Below, one piece after another: positions 1 through 7,200 of a stretch of DNA of 37,648 nt (the first letter of the stretch is position 1; each line of letters begins with the position of its first letter). The DNA lies in assembly GCA_051748705.1 (NCBI GenBank), contig JBNJHQ010000003.1:1-37648 (forward strand). Reading direction: 5' to 3'. The notes under the pieces were generated by a model. The model was not told the DNA's origin. It did not search any database and saw nothing but the letters and a program-made list of their open reading frames with translations. The translations under genes and the position numbers were made by a program. Source of the stretch: Bacteroidota bacterium (GTDB lineage Bacteria > Bacteroidota > Bacteroidia > Bacteroidales > VadinHA17).

Positions 1-94
1 ATTTCATATCCATAAGTTATGAAAATAAGGATTGCAGTTGTAATAAAACAGGACAGAGATATTAACAAAAACCGGAGGTTTTTAGACAGTCTGA

Positions 95-610
95 CGGTCA
101 GCGGTATGATTAGTTGGCTGGGCCCCGGTAGTCCGGGGGCTGGCGCACTTTTTGCAGTGCCCCGCCGAAGCATTGGTGAAAGTTTGCTAACAACTACGCG
201 GGTCGGGCAATCATACCGGTATCCGTCCTATTTATTATATTGTTTACTACATAAAGTTAAGAATCTTTTGGGATTATGCGGGTTGGCCCTCGGGCCGATA
301 AGACACTTGAATTTTTTTTAGTCTGTCCCGGCTATTATTTTTATACATTGTGTGTGCCCTGCATGGCTAAGCAGTGCACCCACCCGGAAGCTCTGAATAA
401 ATTTGAGAAATACAAATTTATTTCAATAAGCAAAAGGAGGGTGCAAATTATACCAAAGGGTTAAAGTCCCGTGGCAGCAACTTGGAGAAGCTGCTTAGCA
501 GGTCGCAAGCTGGTATTCAGTGATGAACGCAGTAATTCACTTCCACGCTCTTTCCTATTGTTTGATGAACCGCCGTATACGAGGCCCGTATGTAAGGTGG
601 TGTGAGAGGT
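95..610 (+). other. GC-rich, hairpin-dense non-coding block; candidate structured RNA or mobile-element scar, class unassigned
   Basis: No credible ORF; the 100-aa and 62-aa track ORFs are low-complexity. Local hairpins: 123-138 (CCCCGG/CCGGGG), 142-163, 285-296, 354-379, 474-494, 569-601. Several stems need G-U pairs only when read on the + strand. Direct motif GCGGGT(C/T)GG at 198-208 and 278-289. Confidence 0.3.
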
Positions 611-611
611 C

Positions 612-647
612 GGAAAATAAAATAGGAGGAAAACTATTTTATTTTCC
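612..647. repeat. Perfect 14-bp AT-rich inverted repeat with an 8-nt loop
   Basis: GGAAAATAAAATAG (612-625), loop GAGGAAAA, CTATTTTATTTTCC (634-647). Confidence 0.8.
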
Positions 648-694
648 TCCTACTCGATTCCACCCCCTTACAAAAGCAAGCTTTTGACGGGGAT

Positions 695-737
695 GAAAAC
701 AAAAAGCCGTTCACGAAAGTGATCGGCTTTTTGTTTT
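695..737 (-). terminator. Rho-independent (bidirectional) terminator downstream of tRNA-Val
   Basis: Stem GCCGTTCAC (706-714) / GTGATCGGC (719-727) with one mismatch and a GAAA loop. It is flanked by an A-run and a T-run, so a U-tract follows on either strand. Confidence 0.7.
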
Positions 738-738
738 G

Positions 739-813
739 TGGGTAGTACTGGATTCGAACCAGTGACCCCCTGCTTGTAAGGCAGGTGCTCTGAACCAGCT
801 GAGCTAACCACCC
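739..813 (-). tRNA. tRNA-Val (anticodon TAC)
   Basis: Reverse complement is GGGTGGTTAGCTCAGCTGGTTCAGAGCACCTGCCTTACAAGCAGGGGGTCACTGGTTCGAATCCAGTACTACCCA. It folds as a cloverleaf with anticodon loop CTTACAA and T-loop GGTTCGAATCC. Confidence 0.93.
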
Positions 814-825
814 AAAATGAGAGTG

Positions 826-833
826 CAAATATA
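826..833 (-). promoter_or_regulatory. Bacteroidota-type -7 box (TATATTTG) for tRNA-Val
   Basis: On the minus strand TATATTTG lies 12 nt upstream of the mature tRNA 5' end. The -33 element is only T-rich, not a clean TTTG. Confidence 0.4.
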
Positions 834-1237
834 GCCCAAATTTTTTATTCATAAAAAAATATCCCTGAATTATTCAAACCTGACGTCTCGGAAGGGCATA
901 TGCATCACTTTAACAAGTATATACGGAAATTTAGCCGGCCTTGTGAACAGGGAAATAAAACATCCTTTGTGTGCTGAATAAATATTTGTCCCGTACGGCT
1001 TTTTGTTATATTTTTATGACTTGTGCATAAATTGTGAGTAACAGGTTGTAATGCTTTGTGAATTGATGCAACTTATTTCGTACTTTTCCTGTCAAAAGAA
1101 GGGCAGATATTGTTGAATGGGAATGAAGGATGTTAATTGATAAACTGGCTGGCATAAACTTTATAATTAAGTGATTAATAGTTCGTTGATCAGTTTTTTG
1201 TTTTTTTGATATATAGTAACAGCAGACCTAACAAAAT

Positions 1238-4200
1238 ATGAGAAGCCACATCTTTAAACTATTACTGTTATTCACAATCCTGAATATCAGTGCTCTTTCC
1301 TTATCCGGACAGACTACTTATACAACTGCTACATCAGGAATATGGAGTGACGGCTCAACCTGGATCGGCGGTGTAGCACCGGGGCCTACAGACAATGCAA
1401 TTATTGCATCAGGAACAATAGTCACCCTCTTTGGATCAGATGCTACCATCAATGACCTGACAATTGAAACAGGGGCCGTGGTGGATGCTGCAAACAGAAG
1501 CCTTACCGTAAATGGTACCTTGCTTGTCAATGGCACTTATACCTCTAAAGATTCTGATGCAAAAGATCTCTTCTTTAACGGTGATACCCTGGGAGGAACA
1601 GGGATAATTAAGACCGACTTTGCAAATAAAGATGTCATAGTGAGTGCAGATGCGCTTATTCCGCCGGCAAGCGACCTGTCGGTATATGGGAAGATAAGCC
1701 TTGGTAATGATGTGACAGTTACAAATAAAGGTGAAATTGAAATTACCGAAAGCCTAAACGGCTCAAACTCCACAACATCAATATGGACCAACTCTGACGA
1801 TTCATATCTTGTGACCGGTAAAACTCTTATGCCAACCGGAATATTGAATGCCTCATCACCCGGGAATACGGTCGAATACAATGGATTGGGTGATCAGGAC
1901 ATTAAACTGCCGTCTGCTTCAACATATCATAACCTTATTCTGAGGGGTGCCGGTGATAAAAACCTGCCGGCTGCCATCGTGGTAAACGGCAATATAGAAA
2001 TTTATAATTCAGCTGTGCTTCAAAGCAACAATTATAATATAGATGTTAAGGGTAACTGGACCAACAACTCAGAGTTTGTGCAGGGAACAGGGCGTGTATC
2101 CTTTACCGGAACAGGTGGTCAGACCATCAGCAACCCCATGGTTGAAACATTCTATAATTTCCGGATTTATAAAACCTCAGGTGAACTCATATTGCAAAAT
2201 GATATCATCATTGAGAACCTACTCACAATGGTTGCCGGCGTAATAAACACATCCGGTAATACATTGACCCTGGGTACAGGAACAGCCACCGGCGACCTTG
2301 GAAGCCTTTCATATTTTGGAGGATTTATCAGTGGTAAGTTTGAGCGCTGGGTAAATAATACGGGCTCGCATCATTTCCCGGTAGGTGTGTCAAATGCTCA
2401 AAGACTGCTTATAAATATTAACGGACTCAGTTCCGGAGGAACACTCCTGGCCGAATTCATTGGAGGCGACCCCGGCAATGCCGGACTGCCTCTTTACGAT
2501 ACAGATACAACAATATATAATACCTTCGTTGAGGGTTACTGGACCCTGGATTACAGTAACGGCTTTAACCTGGGAGGAGGAAATGATTATAACCTCCAGC
2601 TGTACGGAACGGGTTTTACATCATTCCCCATAGATGGTGATACACGTATTCTTACCAGGACGGATGCCTCTGCCGACTGGCAGGCTGAAGGATCACACCT
2701 GTCAGGAAGCGGTGACATGGTGAGGAGGAATGACCTGACAAGCCTCCCCGCTCATTACGCTCTTGGAGATGACACGGAAGACTGTGACAAACCTGCCACT
2801 TCAGCAATAACAGGACCGGCTGACGTATGTGCTGGACAAAGCGATGTGGCTTACTCGGTAACAGACAATCCTCCCAACACATATAACTGGACTATAACAG
2901 GAGGAGTGCAGGCATCCGGAGGGAACACCAGCAGCATAACAGTTGACTGGGATGCTACCGGTACTGACAATGCCAGTGTTACCGTAATCGAGTCAAATGC
3001 CTGCACAAACGGGGCACCCGTTGTGCTCCCGGTAACAGTACACTCTATTCCACCGGAGTCAATTACGGGTAAAACCCGTGTACCACAAAATTCAAGCGGT
3101 GTCAGCTATTCAGTACCTGCAAGGGCCGGCTATACATACCAGTGGACAGTAAGCGGGGGGACACAGGTGTCGGGCGGCACTACGAACAGCATCACCGTTG
3201 ATTGGGGGGCAGCAGGCACAGGTAATGTGTCGGTTGTTGCTGAACTAGCCGGTTGTCCCCAGGCAACTCCGGTTGATCTTGAAGTAAGGATATACGATAT
3301 TATTGAAAGTATTCAAACAGGGTCCTGGGATGATCCAGCTACCTGGGATTGTAACTGTGTACCCCTGGAAACGGATAATGTGAGAATAAATGCCGGTCAT
3401 ACCGTTAGCCTGCATAATGCAAATGACATTGAAGTAAATAATTTTATTGTTGAGCAGAGTGGTGTATTGAATTATAATAGCAGACCCTTTGTTGTGCATG
3501 GTGACTTTATTGTTGATGGAACATACCAGGGCGGATCAGACAGGGTTTTAAGCCTGGATGGCACAGATAATATAATTGAGGGCGAGGGGACAGTGCTTGG
3601 AGGCTTCACCATTCCTGCCGGAAATAAAACAATTTCTGCATCAAGCACCTTAGCTGTTAATGCCGGCGATATTACACTGGGAGCGAGTGTTTTTGTAACA
3701 AATAAGGGTGACATATCATTGGATGGCAATCTAATTGGCGCGGATGCAACAAGTACATGGGTGAACTCGGATAATTCGATTATTGAACTGACAGGTGAAT
3801 TGCTGGCAAATGGCTCTCTGAGAGCTTTTGCACCGGGTAACCTGGTTGAATATAATGGAGCAGACCAGACAGTTAAAACGCCACTTAATTCCATTTACCA
3901 TCATCTTACCAGCAATGGATCCGGAACAAAAACCCTTTCCAATTCAATCATTGTTGAAGGTGACCTTCTTATAAATGGCACCAGCACTCTTGATGTCAGT
4001 ACAAACAATTATTCAATTACCATTGCCGGTGACTGGACTGATAATGCGACTTTTGATGCCAGGCAAGGACTTGTGACTTTTAACGGTGCTACTGACCAGA
4101 CAATTACAGGAGCCGAAAGTTATTACAACCTGGTTTATGTAAACACCGGCGGTGATCTTGTTCTGTCAGATAATGTGATCGTTGCTAATAATCTACAGAT

Positions 4201-7200
4201 GGCCGGCAGAAATATTGTAACAGGTTCTAATACAATAAGCATCGGAATTGATGTTGCAAATGTTGGTTCCCTGACCTATGTTTCCGGTATCGTTACGGGA
4301 AAAATGGAAAGGTGGATCAACTCATTCGGGAATAACCTTTTCCCCGTAGGTGTAGCCACTTCTTATAACCCGGCCTGGCTGTATATTAACCTTTTAAATA
4401 GCCCGGGTTCAGTAATAGTTGAATTTATACCCAACGATCCCGGCTCAGCAGGCCTGCCACTGGTTGATGATGGAACAACTATTTCATACCAGTTTACCGA
4501 CGGCTACTGGAATTTTACCGCTGCCAATGGATTTGATGTGGCCAATTATGATCTCAGCTTACAGGCAAGTAATTTCACCAGCTATCCTCAAAATATAAAT
4601 ACAAGGATACTTAAGAGGACAAATAACCTGGATTGGACATTCGACGGTGATCATGTTACTGCTTCACCGCCCATTATAAACAGGGAATTACTGTCGACCG
4701 GTATTTCGACTTCAGGCACCCAGTTCGGGATTGCATATGCCTGTGGCCCTTTCACCATAGATGCTGTTATAACCGAACCAACATGTAACGGAGATTCAGA
4801 TGGTGCTATAGACATTACACCTTCCGATGGAGCAAGTCCCTATACATATTTGTGGTCTCCCGGCGGTCAGACCACGGAGGATATTTCAGGCCTCACCGCA
4901 GGTAACTATACCGTTGATGTGACCGATGCACTGGGATGTGTCACCCAGGAAACATTTAACGTGTCAGAACCGGGTGAAATAGTTATCGACTACCTTGTGA
5001 CAGATGTTGAGTGTGCCGGGGATACCGACGGGGCAATTGATATTTCCGTTTCGGGAGGCACGGAACCATATACTTATACATGGAGCACTACTGACGGAAG
5101 CGGCTTGTCGCCAAGCGACGAAGACCAGGCAGGATTAAGCGATGGTACCTATACAGTGCTGGTTAATGACGTCAATGGCTGTGCTATGACAGAGGATATA
5201 GTGGTTAGTGTTGTTGATCCCTTTCCTCCTTCAATAATATGTCCCGGAAACCTCACTGCGGAATGTGATATTTCTGAACAACCTGCCTACCTTACATATG
5301 ATGAATTTACCGCTGCCGGTGGTACAGCAAGCGATAACTGTGAGATAGACCCCGATAGCTTTACAATGCTTTCAGAAACTTCCGATGGTAATAGCTGCCC
5401 TGAAACCGTTACACGCATATACCAGATATTTGATGTCAATGGTAACAGCGAAACCTGTACCCATATTATAACAGTAGATGATGTAAGCCCACCTACAGCC
5501 AGTGACCCGGCACCAATAGATGTGGAGTGCCCGGGCGATGTACCTGCACCGGACGTTTCAGTGGTTACCGATGCGGCCGATAACTGCACCGCATCACCCA
5601 CCGTGGCTTTTGTAAATGATGTAAGTGATGGCAATACATGCCCGGAGACCATCACCAGGACATATTCGGTTACCGATGATTGCGGTAACTCCATAAATGT
5701 CACCCAGACTATAACGGTTGATGACACAACCTCGCCTACGGCCAGCAACCCGCCACCTATAGATGTTGAGTGCCCCGCTGATGTACCTGCACCTGATATT
5801 TCAGTGGTGACCGATGAGGCCGATAACTGTACGGCAGCACCCACCGTGGCCTTCGTAAGTGATGTAAGCGATGGTAACACCTGTCCGAGAACAATTACCA
5901 GGACATATTCGGTTACCGATGAATGTGGTAACAGCATAAATGTTACCCAGACCATAACGGTTAATGACATCACCCCACCGACAGCCAGCAACCCACCACC
6001 TATAGATGTGGAGTGCCCGGGTGATGTTCCCGCACCGGACGTTACAGTGGTGACCGATGAGGCCGATAACTGTACGGCAGCACCCACAGTGGCCTTTGTA
6101 AATGATGTAAGTGATGGCAACACCTGCCCGGAGACCATAACTAGGACATATTCGGTTACCGATGAATGCGGTAACAGCATAAATGTTACCCAGACCATTA
6201 CAGTTAATGATATTACCCCACCGACTGCCAGCAATCCGGCACCAATAGACGTAGAGTGCCCCGGCGATGTCCCTGCACCGGATATAACGGTGGTTACCGA
6301 CGAAGCGGATAATTGCGGTTCAGCACCCACGGTGGCCTTTGTAAGTGATGTGAGTGATGGCAACACCTGCCCGGAGACCATAACCAGGACATATTCAGTT
6401 ACCGATGATTGCGGCAATTCGATCAATGTTACTCAAACGATTACAATAAATGACACCACAGCTCCTCTTGCCGTAGAAGCACCAGGTGCCCTCGACGTTA
6501 CTCTTGATTGCGCTGATGCATCCGGTCTAAATGCAGCACTGCTGATGGAGCCTTCATTCACTGATAACTGCACTGCAGCCGGTTCGCTTGTGGTGAACAT
6601 GATCAGTGATAACACTGTTGCTGATCCCCTATGTCCAGATGCATATGTTCGTACAAGAACATGGACTGCAACCGATGAATGCGGTAATACAAGTTCATCC
6701 TACATACAGACTATTACAGTTAATGATCTTATACCACCGACAGCCAGTGACCCGGCACCTATAGATGTGGAATGCCCGGGTGATGTTCCCGCACCGGACG
6801 TTACAGTGGTGACCGATGAGGCCGATAACTGTACGGCAGCACCCACAGTGGCCTTTGTAAATGATGTAAGTGATGGCAATACCTGCCCGGAGACCATAAC
6901 CAGGACATACTCGGTTACCGATGATTGCGGTAACTCCATAAATGTCACCCAAATCATAACGGTTGATGATACTACCCCACCGACGGCCAGCAACCCCGCA
7001 CCAATAGATGTGGAGTGCCCCGCTGATGTACCTGCACCTGATATTTCAGTGGTGACCGATGAGGCCGATAACTGTACGGTAGCACCCACCGTGGCCTTTG
7101 TAAGTGATTTAAGCGATGGCAATACCTGCCCGGAGACCATAACCAGGACATATTCGGTTACCGATGAATGCGGCAACAGCATAAATGTTACCCAGACCAT

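Noticed and set aside
186-200. GCTAACAACTACGCG resembles the ...AACAACTACGC... (ENNYA) tag-coding stretch of Bacteroidota tmRNAs as I remember them. GGGGGCTGG at 135-143 resembles a tmRNA 5' end.
   Set aside because: There is no in-frame stop after a short ...ALAA-type tag; the frame runs about 22 more codons. There is also no tRNA-like T-arm or ...CTCCACCA 3' end, and the spacing from the putative 5' end is too short.
128-335. GTAGTCCGGG (128-137) could pair with CCCGGCTAT (327-335), including a bulged U, like RNase P RNA helix P4.
   Set aside because: The enclosed segment is only about 200 nt, and the other universal RNase P blocks (the GGTAAGAGCGCACC-type J11/12 region and the ACAGAAA motif) are absent. 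The pairing is probably fortuitous, and cmscan would settle it.
19-464. Track ORFs 19-321 (100 aa) and 276-464 (62 aa).
   Set aside because: The translations are unprotein-like and run through GC-rich hairpins. I treat the region as non-coding.
456-472. GGGTTAAAGTCCCG resembles the universal 16S rRNA stretch GGGTTAAGTCCCG. CAGTGATGAAC (518-528) and AAGGTGGTG (594-602) also resemble nearby 16S strings.
   Set aside because: The spacing and order do not match 16S, flanking sequence does not align, and the matches are short with indels. I treat this as coincidence after many mental comparisons.
634-852. 72-aa minus-strand ORF.
   Set aside because: It reads straight through tRNA-Val (739-813) and its terminator, so it is spurious.
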